A stretch of DNA of 64,000 nt from Monocercomonoides exilis PA203 (taxonomy: Eukaryota > Protista > Preaxostyla), in the NCBI GenBank assembly GCA_001643675.2, contig LSRY02000011.1, forward strand, positions 1,302,001 through 1,366,000, in the 5' to 3' direction. How positions within the stretch are numbered: position 1 is the stretch's first letter; each line of letters begins with the position of its first letter. A model generated the notes under the pieces. It had not been told where the DNA came from. It ran no database searches and saw only the letters and a program-made list of their open reading frames with translations. This document shows positions 25,892 through 38,900 of the stretch, piece by piece. Both the position numbers and the translations under genes were made by a program.

Positions 25892-26669
25892 TTATATGGG
25901 TAATTCTTTTTGAAAAGTTGCAAATGTTCATTTTTCAAATAATTCAAAAATTTTATATTTTCCTCAAATATTTGTTAACATACACCAAATTTCACAAAAA
26001 TAAAATCTTTTTCTTGATAATGCAATTTCATTCATTCTTTAGAAGATTCATTAATGGAAACAGAAATTTGAGCAAAATATGTAAATTTTGAGTTATTTAA
26101 AAAATTAAATATTTGCGACTTTTCAAAAATAATTGGGTGATTATTTTTGAAATCATATCTTTTTTCGTGTTGTTGATTTTTTATAGGTTTTTTGTCATCA
26201 AGAAAAGATTTTGTCATTGAAAGCTGAATTCTTCACATCTGTGTCATTGACAAATGTTTTTACTCAAATAAAGATGATGATGTCATTTGTGAGTCTTTTC
26301 ATTCTTCAGTGTTCTTTTTTTGGATGTTCAAGTGTAATATTCGAACCGAAAAATATGAATGAAAAAAAAGATTACGAAAATATTCACACACTAACCTATA
26401 TCAATTCAGAATTCACGTGATTTTTTCTTAATCTATAACAGAAATATTATCTAACAATTTTGTCAGTGATTTGTCGAGATACTTCGTTAAAAGTCGGTCT
26501 GTCGCAAAGGTCTAATTCCTTTATCTGAATTTCATAAAATCGGATATTTCTGACAATTTTTATTTTAGGGATGTTCAAAATTTTTAAAACGAAAAGATCT
26601 ACATTTTATATAACAGACTTAATAATTTAATTTATACATAAATATGAGTACAAAAAGTTCGTCATCCAA

Positions 26670-26742
26670 CTCGATGTAGTCTAGTCGGTTAGGATTTAGG
26701 ATTTTCACTCCTGAGACCCGGGTTCGATTCCCGGCATCGAGG
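26670..26742 (+). tRNA. tRNA-Glu(TTC)
   Basis: CTCGATG...CATCGAG acceptor stem; D-arm GTCTAGTCGGTTAGGAT; anticodon arm TAGGA-TTTTCAC-TCCTG; T-arm CCGGG-TTCGATT-CCCGG. Confidence 0.93.
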
Positions 26743-27853
26743 AATATTTTTGAAAAATTATTCTATTTTTTATCTCAATTACCAAAAAATACATAACAAG
26801 TTAAATTGGAGAATTTGAGAGAATAATTGGAAGAACACGATTTGATCATTTCATGCAAGGACTTTGCGTAATGCTTGAAAGGATAACATCTCAAACCCTT
26901 CATGCGTTGAATCTTGGTTGAAAGGTTTTATTTTGAAAATAACAAAAAAAATATTTTTGACATTCAATGTTATTTTGTTCATTTAACCAATTTAAAAAGG
27001 GGAAGGAATGATTTTATGTTGTTTTATTGATTTTTTGTTTTAATGTTTTTCTGTCTTCTCTTTATTACGTGCTTTTGTTCAAAATTTAAGGAGAAAATGA
27101 GGTTTACGATGCGAATTTGGTTTTGTTGTAATGAAAGTATTTATTTTTCAAACAGAAAATTGTTTATGTGTGACTTGCAATTAATTGCTTTTAGCACAAC
27201 TTTCAATTTCTCTTATTGCTGGAATTGAAATATTTTTGTTGATGAGGTGACCGGATTACATGAAAATTGTCTGATTGTATTTCGTTTTTGGAATTTTTGT
27301 CCAAAAAAATTTTTTTAGAATTATTCCCATGGTATTGAGAATAAGCAAATAATTTCCAATTATGACGAACATCACGGTGAACATTTTTGACAATTTTTCT
27401 TAACAATTAAAAATTGAATTTTCATGTTTCGAAAATTTGCTAAATTTTGACTTTTCACAGAAGAATAATTTATGTAATCATTTTCACAAAAATCACTTTA
27501 AAAGAAAATGCTCAATTTATCATATTTAATTACAAAAACTCTTGTTTTTGACTGCTTAAGATGCTGTTAAATAAATTCTTTTTTTCCATTCAATAATGTT
27601 AAATAGCAACTTATCGTTTTTCAGTATTTTGAAATAAAAATTAAAATCAAGAATTTCATTTGCTAGCTAAATGTTAAATATATAAAAAATTTTTTCCCCA
27701 AATGAAAAAACTAAATAATAATTCAATAAGCTGTGCTTATCACGTGAAGTGAATTAGTTGATGTTGTAAGTCTATATTTTCGAAAACAATGAACAGCTGT
27801 TCCAATAGAAGCAGTTACACAAAAACACATAAACAAAAAAATTGATTGAAGCT

Positions 27854-29255
27854 TCACTGGAAATGATGGAGATAATGAAGGCAGTCTGAAGTGAGAAGAG
27901 CTCCGTGGAATGTATCATTGAATTGCTCGAGAATTTCTTTTGCAGATTTTTTTGTCAACTTTGCGAAAATTTATCAAATGTTTCAAACAAAATCAAAGAA
28001 TAATCGTTAAAATGCTATCAATATTATTAATTATTTTGAATCATACTTTTTTCCATATGCACGCAATAAACAGTCCAGTTCGTCCAGTTCCAGAATGACA
28101 ATGGACACAAACGCGCTTTCCTTCCTTTATCAGCTGGGAAAAAAAATTGTAATAAATTACATTTTCAAATGCAAACAGCACAAAAACAGATGAAAGAAAT
28201 TCGCAAATAAAAATGTTTTTTTCAAAAAAAAAAAGGCACACGTCAATGATTTCATTAACCAAACGGCCATATTCTTCGAACTCTGGCGGAACGCTCATAT
28301 CATCCACCTCATAAACATGAATTGGAATTTTTAGACTTTCATAATAAGGCAGGAGTTGCCTATTTGTATGATATTCCAATTCCTAATCAATACGAATACA
28401 AAAATGATTATTAAATAAAAAATGTTAATTTATGATAAAAAAATTATATCAATGAGAACATTCAAACTTCCTTGTGTGCAAGAATAACAATAACATCAAA
28501 ATGAAGCGCTTCAAATTCTTCACGTATTGTACCTGCTGGATCAAACATTCGTGATATGGGCATGGGGCAGCGCCATATCGGTTTTTCAATAACGGGCAAA
28601 ATAATTTCTTGTACTTTTCTTCCAACCTTAAAAATATATTCATTAATAACAGGAAAAAAAGAAAATGAAGCAAAATCAAAAGGGAAATGACAACGAATTT
28701 TATAAAGTATTTCTTCACAAACTCCCCAATCATCAGTGTTTGGTATCTGACCTTTTTTCAATTCTCTATCTATTCGAGGTTCCCAGAGTATTGTTTTTGA
28801 TGGGTCAAAATCATCCAGTACAACATATGTGTATCTAAGATTTGTATCTGGAATCTGCAATTTGATTGTCCAAAAAGCTTTTGCAGTGTAAATCATTCGT
28901 CTGAAAAAACAGTATAAATAAAAGAAAAAGCAATATGGAAGCAAAAATAAAGTTTGCAATGAACATCCAAAAATTGTTAATTTTATAAAAGTATAGAATG
29001 AGCTTTTTGCTTTTAGAAAATGAGAATGAAATGTGTCAAACAATGATGGATTCGGCCGCCAACATCCAAGTTCCTTTCCTTCTCCTAAAAAATGATGTCG
29101 TAAATAAAATACAGTTTCATTGAAATGTAACAACGAGATGATAAATAAAAATCTTTGGGTAATCGGTAATCACTCAAACCAATAACATAGCAATTCTGCC
29201 CCCATTTCGATTCAAAACGCAATGAAAACACATATTCCCGAAGGGGTGTTTCCAT
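27854..29255 (-). CDS. CBM20 starch/glycogen-binding domain + dual-specificity phosphatase (laforin-like architecture), multi-exon
   Basis: Spliced reading METPLREYVFSLRFESKWGQNCYVIG/EGKELGCWRP...FWTIKLQIPDTNLRYTYVV...LWEPRIDREL...DDWG (CBM20-like); then HVYEVDDMSVP and VCVHCHSGTGRTG (CX5R); last exon LTKKSAKEIL...HHFQ*. Confidence 0.75.
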
Positions 29256-29815
29256 TTATATATATGTTTCAGTAAAAGAAAAATTGAGACTTACTGCCAC
29301 GCCAAAAGAAAGTCAAAGAAAATTGATCTTTTTTGACAGGCCCAAAGTACGTATATTTGAAGAAAAATGTTTTGACAAACTTATAAATTGCTCAAGCGCA
29401 TGTATTTTGAATGGAAATCAACATCAAACAACATGTAATTTTAACATCATACAAACAACTTTGAAAAGTAATTCAGGTAATTTTTCTCGATTCATCAGAA
29501 TTAATTTTACACTTGACAAATAAAAGGATGTGGAAGAATGAATAAAGTTGAAAAAATCATCAGTAGTGAAAAGAATTCTAAAAAAGCACAAATAAAATTG
29601 GCAATTAATTTAAAAGGAGATGCAACGTATAAAGTTATGTTGTTATGAAAAAAAAGTATTACATATTCATTGAAAAAAAAGTAAAATTAAGAAAATTATT
29701 TGCTAATCATCAGGTCGCAAGCCAAGGATCCTCAGCCGCTTCAAAAAATACATCCATTTGGATTATACTGCTTCCTATTTGCATTTCGCTCAATCATCGC
29801 AATCCTTCAAGCGCC

Positions 29816-32208
29816 TCACTTCTTTGCCGACTTCCCTTCTTCCTCAGTCGCACCAGCCCCCGGCAGATCCAGTGTGAACGATTCACTTCTTCTGGTTCCT
29901 GCGCCTGCTGTCTTTGTACCCGCAGCTTTCGTCGAAGGAGAAGAAAGGCGGGCGGACGCTGTGCTGGGCGGGCTGGCGGAGGGTGTTTTGAACTGCTGGT
30001 CGCTTGAGAGGCGGCGGAGATATGTTGATACTCTCTTTCTCCCAAAGGCAAGCGACTCAGCTGACTCGTCCTCGTCGCTTTTCTTTGCATCTGAAGAAGA
30101 AGAAGAAGAGGAGGAAGAGGACGATGAAGGTGTTGCGGAAGAAGAGGAGGAGGAAGAAGGAGAAGAACCATCTTTGCCTTTCGAAGACGTGCCATATGTC
30201 AGCTCCTTCGCTGCCTTCTCAGCTGCCGAGTCGCTCTTCGTAGAAGGTCTTGCCAAGTTCGGCTTATCGACTTCCATCGCCCTCTGGAACGAGGAAAGCG
30301 CCTCTCTGATGGCTGTCTTCCCTCCAAGCAGCAGCCCCTTTTGCAGTGTGCCGTCTGAAAAGCCCTTCAAAAGCACAACTGCCTCATTTTCTTGCCTGAG
30401 TGTCTGGAACATGCCACACAGACGAGCAACTGCGTGGATTTTGGTGGTGATCTCCCCACGGCGCGCTGCCAGTGATGTGTCTTTGTCTTCGCCTTCGCCG
30501 GGTGCTGATGTTGAGAAGAAGAAGAATGATTGTGAAAAAAGCAGCAAAATTTAATAGGGAAAGATATGATGAACAGATATAAGCAAAGAAGAAATAATTG
30601 ATATAAATGAATTGTGATAATTAAAGAAAGAAAGAGAGATAGCCTAAATATGCAGACTTGAGCAGAACTTGAGTATTTCCAGGAGCATGGATGCGATGTT
30701 CTCCGCTACGTAAGGGAGAGAGAGATGGAAGACGTCGATGAAGTTGGGCAAGAAATACGGGTGGGGCGAGGCAGAGAACTGTCTGAAGTGGATTTTCTCT
30801 TTCTTCACAAGCAGAATGGCAGCCTGGTTTTTGAAGGAGTCCACATAATTGGGGCAAGAAAACAGGGTGATGACAGTCGGGAAGGGGTTTGTGCCGGAAC
30901 GAGGGAATTGCATTTCGAATCCTGTGTCTTTGCATTCGTGGCCACGCACAAGAGCCACAAGAGAGTTGGCTCGGAGAAACTGGCGGACGGCGGTTGCTCT
31001 GAGAACAGGGAGAAAAAAAAAATAGATAAATGAGAGGTGGAACGGATGAAGAGGACAAGGATATATTCAACAGATAAATGATTAAGCAAGTTAATTTTTA
31101 AATAGAAACATTTCAAAATACAAACCCGTAATAATACGAGCAATTTCTTGCAGAATTATCAATGAAAGTGACTGTGTTTGAAGGATCAAGCTCTGCTGGA
31201 ACTGGATCAGACCACAGCATGTCTGTCACCATTCCTGTGTCCGGAATCTCTCTGAACCTGTTGATGCCATTAAGAGCATCAATCTGAAGAAACAAAAGTT
31301 AAACGTGAATTGAATAAAGTTTTACAAAGAATTATAAAAGAATTCATAAAAAACGCAATCCAACCTTTTTCAACTGAGGTGATATTCCTGCATGCACGCA
31401 AAAGAATCTCTTTTCTCCAATTAAAGCAGCAAATGGCATTGTATCGAAAACAGACAAGAAAGCATAGTACACATCACTGTTATATTTGTAAATACCTACA
31501 AAAATATAAAAAATAAAAGATTACAATAAAAATAAATAAGTATAGCAAACATTCACGCTTGAAGTTGAAATGTTCGGTGAGGTGTTTGCTTTCATGGTTC
31601 CCACGAATCATGAAAAAGCTTGTTGGATAGTTAATTTTCAAAGCAAGCATGTGAATAAGAAGTTCACATCCAAAAAATCCACGATCCACATAATCTCCGA
31701 GGAACAAATATGAAAACTCGGAAGGATCTCCACCAACTTCAAGCAACTTTAGAAAGTCATAATAAGATCCTTTAATTATAAAGAATAAATATTTTTTTTT
31801 TATCACAAGAAAAAAAAAAATATGAACATGGCAAATTATATTGCAATTCAAATGTGCAATCGATAAAGTAAATCAAAGTTCAAGAACAATGAATATAACG
31901 ACACTTTTTAAAATACAAAACAAACCATGAAGATCTCCAGCAACTCGAACTTCTCCGCTAATATCAAGCACATTAGGTTCTGTTCTGAAAATTTGTGCAG
32001 CCATGTTGACTATAGTTGTAATGTCCGAAATGTTAATTCTACCCTCTCTTACAAAGTGTTCCTTTAAAGCAGGGATATTGATTTTATTTGGAGCCATGAA
32101 CAGGACGGAATGGTCCAAAATATCTTTTGCTGGTTCAGGAACATCTGAGCAAGGACGGCTAATTGTGTCAAAAGATTCACCAATGTCGACTGCTGGAGCA
32201 GAAGTCAT
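29816..32208 (-). CDS. Calcineurin A (PP2B catalytic subunit), multi-exon
   Basis: [39 protein letters not shown]; CnB-binding [21 protein letters not shown]; CaM-binding [16 protein letters not shown]; autoinhibitory-like [12 protein letters not shown]. Confidence 0.93.
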
Positions 32209-32268
32209 GAAAATAAAACAATTTTAAATATTATGTTATGCATTTGATCGTAATAATTAAAAAAGTAA

Positions 32269-32664
32269 ATGGAAGATGTAGAGTTTTTCCAAATGCTTGA
32301 AGAAGCTTCAAAAGTTAATAAATTAGTTAAGTCTGTTATTGCAAGTGCTGAAAGAACTATTGCAGATGGAAGAGAAGGTGTTAAACACTTTTTTTTTGAG
32401 TTTAATTTCTCTAACATTATATACTGCGCAAAAATAGAAATACGAGCTCAAAAAGAATTGTCCCAGCAATTCAAGCCGTTTTTAGGAGAAGGAGCTCAAC
32501 GAAAACTTCCATCCACAACAAAACACGAACAAATAACTTCTGCCAGTCAAAGGGCAAAGGAGACAGCATCAAGCGATGAAAAGAAGCGGCATCAGAAACA
32601 AAAATTAGAAGAATCTATTTTAAGTGATGCTTCATCTTCAGAAGATGCACTTCCATCGCGATAG
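32269..32664 (+). CDS. Small hypothetical protein (probable in-frame intron near 32378-32437)
   Basis: ATG-initiated charged helical ORF, head-to-head with calcineurin A; no domain recognised. Confidence 0.5.
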   Translation: MEDVEFFQMLEEASKVNKLVKSVIASAERTIADGREGVKHFFFEFNFSNIIYCAKIEIRAQKELSQQFKPFLGEGAQRKLPSTTKHEQITSASQRAKETASSDEKKRHQKQKLEESILSDASSSEDALPSR

Positions 32665-32951
32665 ATCAAATTTACATTTCAATCACTTCACAAATCATTT
32701 CGCAAAAAACGTGAACGTTGTTTTATTTGAATATCAAAATTCGTCAATAAAAATATTAAAAAACATTAAATGTATAAAGCCCTCAAGAAAAGTACATATG
32801 ACTAAAAGAAGAGTGAAGATGATCCCACTAAATGAGGAAATTATAAAAAAAATAATGACTAATATCAAAAGATGCTTCGCTATAAAAGCAAACACTATCG
32901 TGATAAATTATTTTTAATGAAAAGAAAGCGTTCTGCTGAAGTGATTAAATA

Positions 32952-35900
32952 TTACGCCTTGTGCTGTCCATGAATTAATTTCCTATGGAACAAATCGTGA
33001 TGTGGTTGAATAACTTTTCCATCGTGATCTAATACTGAGATCGCAACTGCAGCAATAAGAAGAAACAAAAGGACCACGAAAAGAATCCATTTAATCGTGC
33101 GCTTAACTCTCTTTTTCCGAGGAACCCAGCGTGGGCGTGTGGTTGCAGGAGTGTAAGTTGTTTCTCCGGTTTCAGCCAATTCGGCTTTTCGCTTCAAAAT
33201 TAGATCGTATTCTTCCTTCAAAACATCCGCCGCCCACTTCAGCTGCTCTCTTGTATGTGATGCTGAAATAAAGAAGCGAATTCTAGCCTTTCCTTCCTCG
33301 ACAGCTGGAGCGTAATATGGTGAGGCTTCTATTCCACGGTAGTGGATGGCTTGCGCGAGTCTAAGAGTTTCTTCTGAAGTATGCACGATTGCAGGAACAA
33401 CCGCAACACCAATAGCATCACCCACATCAAACCCACGTTCAACCAGCAAATCTCTGAAGTACAAAGAATTATCCTGCAACTTTCGCACTCTCCACGGCTC
33501 CTTCTTCATCACCTCAAGCGCTCCCAAAGCAGCTCCTGCCTGTGCAGGTGGCATTCCAGCAGAGTAAATGAATCCGGGTGAAGTTCCTCGCAAAAACGTG
33601 ATTAACTCCTGCTTCCCTGCGATATAACCACCACACGAAGCAAACGATTTTGAGAGTGTGCCCATCCACAAATCAACATCTGAAGGGTCGATGCCGAAAT
33701 GCTCTCCAATTCCTCTTCCAGTTTTGCCCATCGTTCCAATTGAATGTGCTTCATCAATGAAAAGAAGGCAATGGTGCTTTTTCTTCAGCTCAATCAGTTC
33801 TGGAAGACGGCAAGCATCTCCATCCATAGAATACACACCTTCAGCCACAATCAGGCACTTCCTGTGTTTTGTTCTGTTTTCAGTTAAAATTGCGTCCAAG
33901 GCTTCTGTGTTGTTGTGCGGGAAGGAAATTGTTGTTGAGTGAGAGTTCTTGTTACCTTGGATGATTGACGAGTGGCACAGCACATCATACACAATAAGAT
34001 CACTTTCCTTCATCAAATGGCCGATTGTGGATTCATTCGCCATGAAGCCACCAACATACAAAATCGCGTCCTCAGCGCCAACCCACCAGGCCAGTCCTCT
34101 TTCCAGCTGGTAGTGAATGATACGTGTCCCTCCCACAACACGCGATCCAGAGACAGACGTTCCATAGCGAGCAATCGCATTTTGTGCAAATCGCTGGACA
34201 CGCTTGTCTCCAGAAAGGGAAAGATAGTTGTACGAAGTAAAGTTGATGAAGTCTTTGCCTTCCATTTGTGTTTCGTCATCATTCACACCGTCGTTGATAC
34301 GCAGATATGGCATATCATTATCCACAATCGATTTCATGAAGTCCAATCGTCTTGTTTCTTTGACGACTTCAGGCAATTTCTCAATCACATACAAATCTTC
34401 AGTCATCACGTATTCTTTTTCCTTTTTCCCTTTCTTTCCTTTTCCGTGTCCGCTGCTTCCGCTGGGATGTCCTGTGATCTTTTCAGACAGATCTTCAGCA
34501 GCTGAGCGAATAGAATCATACTTAGCAAGTGCCTGTGCAGAGACTTCAAACCCAACGATGGATGAAAGTGATGATGCAATGCTGATGGATGCATTGGAAT
34601 CAAGCCCAACATCACCAAGTGACAGATCATCAGTAAGATTCTCTGGCAAGTCTGACACATTCTGACGGAGCAGATCAATGATGATATCTGACATGCGATC
34701 TGCATTCATCATTGAATCATCGTCATCATCATCGCTGTCTGAATCAGATGAGTCGCCGCTGCTTCTCCTATGAGAGCGATGGCTGTGAGACTTCCTTTTC
34801 ATCTGACTGCTTCTGCTTCGTTTGCTCACCTTAACTTTGGCTGAGGCGATTTCTTCATCTCCGCTCTCTTCGTCATCAAACAGCACTTGCATGACATCAA
34901 TCTCACTTTCGCTGAGTTTGCTGGCTCCTCTAACATTAAGGACAGGATGAGTGAATGTAATTTCTTTGTCCTTTGAAGACTTAGCAGATTCTTTATTTGC
35001 TTTTCCTTTTTTGATTGCAATTTGTGTGGCGTTGTCTTCCACGTCTGCTTGTTTCAATGAAGTTTCAATGCGAAGAATGTGCTTTCCACCAGATGAGAAG
35101 CTTGGCAGAGTCACCTGCTTGGCTGGTGCAACAAGATGTGCGACCATCGAAGGCGCAGAAAGGAACGGCAAAATTGGAGACGCTACTGCTTTGGCTGAGA
35201 CACCAGGTGTTTGAAGTGCCAGATCTGTGCGGAGCATTCCTTGTGTTGTCTTTCCCACACGCGACCAGTCAACATGGCACACGACAAGCTGTGAATGGAT
35301 CATTCTTGGCGCGACTGTACCGTCAGAGCGGGGCAGTAAAGAGAGAGGAATCGCAATATCTTCATTCTGATCATCGCTTGAGATGTCATAGTCGCCTCTC
35401 TTCAGTGTCAATGCTTCGCTCACAAACCGTTCCATGACTTTCAGAGCATCGCTGATTTCAAGTGGAAGGACACCTTCTTTTGCCAGCTGTGGAAGAAGAT
35501 CATTGTTTGCTCTCTTTGAAGAGAACATACCTGCATTTGTTGGACCAAGATTAAGTGAGAGGTAAAGTGGAGAGGAAGGCACAGAAGATTCAGAAGTGTA
35601 AGGTTGATGAGAAGATGCTGCAATCGAATCGAAGAATGCATTTGCTGCAGAATAAGTTGCCTGTCCAACTGAACCAAACAGTGAGGCAATTGAAGAAAAC
35701 ATCAGCACAAATTCGCACTTCGCTCTGTCTTTTTGCTTCATTCCATCGATTGCTGCTTTGATGTTGATAAGTCCGAGCACTTTTGGTTGCATAACAGCGT
35801 CAATATCTTCCTTTGTGGCTTCAACAAACAGTGAATCTCTGAGTAATCCTGCTGTGTGGATAACACCTCTCATACAGCCAAATCTTTCATCGTTCAGCAA

Positions 35901-38900
35901 GTTTTTGATCATCTTGCGAACGGGATATTCCTGTGTCAGATCGCACTTGATCACTTCGATGATTGCCTTCTCGTGAGGATGAGCGGTGTTATAGTTGACT
36001 CCCACCTCTTCCAGTCGGTGTGCTGCTTCTGGTCTGTCTGTACGTGAAAAGATGTCGCTGCATACGATTCTTTTTGCTCCGTTTGCGAGTAACCACTCAA
36101 CAACACACAGTGCAACGCCACCAAGTCCACCAGTGACGAGATAGAAGCCATCAGAGTGGAAGAGTTGTGAATGAATAGAAGTTGAAGAAGATGCAGAAGA
36201 TGAAGGAGATGATATTGTGATTGGAGGATGAAGCGGTGAAGGTGTCTGAAGAGGCGATGAAGCAGGCACGCGATACATTCTTGGAGAAAAGCGTGTGCCA
36301 TCTGCAGCAATTGCCACTTCAACCTCAGTTCTGGTCTTCTCCTGCACTGCCATTGTGGCGATGGATGTTGGGTGGATCAGCAAGAACTCGCGTAGAACCG
36401 TTTCATCTGACGATTGTGCGATTTGGTCTTTTTCAATCTTCAGCTGACTGACAGAATCGCGCGAGGGAAGATCCAACAGCCCAACTCTGAAAGTGGCTGA
36501 CATTTCCCGAGCGACCACTCGCCCCAATCCCCAGAGCATTCCCTGAACTGTTGTGGCAATATCTTTCAAATTCACTTTCACAAGTGACTTATTCTGTTCA
36601 CTTGACTCATCTTCACTTCCTTCTTCCTCTTCCTCTTCTTCTTCTTCCTCACTTGAATCATCGACTTCTGATTCGTGTTCATCCCAGCTTGACTGCTGGT
36701 GAGTTCCTTTCTTCACAACTGATGTGTTGCTGATCTCATTCGAATGAAGTCCTCTCGTAACCAACATGAACGGAGCAGGTTTCTTCCTTATTCCTGCTTC
36801 GAGCGACGTGATCGTCTTGAGGATTCTCTGTGGAGTGTTTGTGGTGAATGAGGAAACAACCTCAAACAGTGATGAATAATCTAATGACTCACGCTGCTCT
36901 TTTGTGAAGATCGTCGCCTGGTCTCTTTCAGAAATAAGAAGAGATGGATTGTGAGGCAGATCAAGACACCACATGTATATCACACCAAGCAATGGAAGTG
37001 TTTTTGGAGCTGAAGAAGAAGATGATGATGAAGACGAAGCTGAAGCTGACTTTGGTGCAGCGCTGCTCTGGTCGTGCATAGCTGCAATGATTGCTTCACG
37101 CACAGACTCATCGCGCATTGGATTGGCGTAAATGACTCTGATCGAAGAAGACTGATTGCCAACTTTGAATGTATATTGCGTTTCTTTCCCATCTGCAATT
37201 GCATCTGCTACGTTCTGAATTGCAGATGAATCTTGTTTTCTCTGCTTTGACTTCGATTTCATTGGAGGAGCAGCCGATGCCTGGCTAAGCGGATCGACGT
37301 GGTTTGAACGAATGACAATCACTTTCCCGTTCTTCTTCATCATCTGCAGCTGCTTTGCAACATTTATGCCGTCTTCGCTTTCAGCTTCCGCAAACACCAG
37401 CCACACACCTTTTTCATCATCTGCTTCGTGATGCAATGGTGCCAGTGCTTCACTCAACGGTGCATCTTTCTTCTTGTTCTCTGCCTGTTTCCCAAGCTGA
37501 GCCTCGCCCCACTCAAGTGAATACAACGCCTGTCCAATTGTGCTGTTCCAGCCGTCTGTCACATTCTGCTTCATTTGCTGTTCAGTTGCGCGGCGCACTG
37601 TGAAGTTGTGGAGCACGCAAATCAATTCCATTTGAGAATCTGCTTGAGGAGCCGATGGCTTCACTGGTGAAGCAAACACCTCTTTCCTTTTGACTGTAAC
37701 AGAATCATCAGAAGGAGAAGAAGAAGATGATGATGAAACGGCCACGATTGAAAGGTCAGCCGATATCTCTTCCGGTGGTTGAGTTCCTTCGATGTTTGTG
37801 AGCTGTGGCGAATGAACATGGACATACAGCTCTTTCTCTTCCACACCTTCGAGGAAGGCTGATCTGAACAGCTGGACTGACTCTATCTTTGTTGGAAGAT
37901 AGAGACATGGGTTCAATTCTTCTTCCTCCTCGTCTTCTTCTTCTTCTTCAACTTTCTTCTTTCCTTTTCCTTTCTGGTCTTTCTTTGCCTGCTTTGGTGA
38001 TTTCTTGTCGTCGTGGAAGACAAGACTGAGTGCAGCAACAGCGTGGAAAGACGCATCCAACAGAGCAGGGTGGATGAAGAAGGACTCTGCATTTGGAGTC
38101 TGCTTCGCACGGGTCGTGTCCAGCACAGCCAAAACCTCGTCTCTGCAGAACGAGATGGAGGACACGCCTTGGAAGTGGTATCCGTAGTTGAGTCCAGCAC
38201 GTGAGAACAGAGTGTAAAGTGCGAAGGCTGGCAGACTGGATGCCTTGCAGCGCTTACGTACATCGCTGAGGGAGACTGATGGATCGACACCAAGCAGAGG
38301 AAGGGTCGACAGGATGGAGGAGAGAGAGGCTAATGAAGAACTGGAGGCAGACGAAGAGGCAGAAGCAGACAGTTGAGGAATTGCTAATCCCTCACCAGCC
38401 ACACTACCTGGATGCATTGCAGGGCTCATTGCTGCATCGAGAGCATCAGCGCCTTCTGGAATGATCACAGCGCTGGCGTGAGTTGTCCAGAGATGTGATG
38501 GAAGATTGGCTGCTGCTGATTTATGGAGCATCGCAGCATTCTGTGCATCTCCTCTGCTGCGAGGATGTCTCAAACGAGCTGCGATCTTCACAGTTCCCAT
38601 TCCCATTGGAAGATCAGAAGAGGATGAAGAAACAGAAGAAGACGATTCTTCGTATGAGGCCTTCAGGCGGATTTGGCGTTGGAGGCCAAGAGTCAGCATG
38701 CGGTTGAAAGTGACAGATGTCAGATGAAGAGGAGATGCTGAGTTTAAAATAACAAAATATTACATTAAAATAAAAATATAAAAAAATTCAAATGAAGAAA
38801 ATGAAACTTAAAAATTTAAAATAATTTAACAACAGAATACCTTTTCCTCTTTTCGATGTGAATTGTGATGGGTGAGTGATTTGTGCGTTTCTAGCAGCAA

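Noticed and set aside
33180-34400. Biotin synthesis (BioF) assignment
   Set aside because: Same fold, but fusion to a long-chain FAAL, a reducing PKS module and a TM tail, with no bio genes nearby, fits lipid synthesis better; not formally excluded
38700-38840. Two separate PKS genes (ORFs 38788-45960 and 32952-38699)
   Set aside because: The break lies in mid-DH domain and a GT-AG intron restores the frame; the true start is probably ATG 45810 (MALHK...), because sequence upstream is AT-rich and non-homologous
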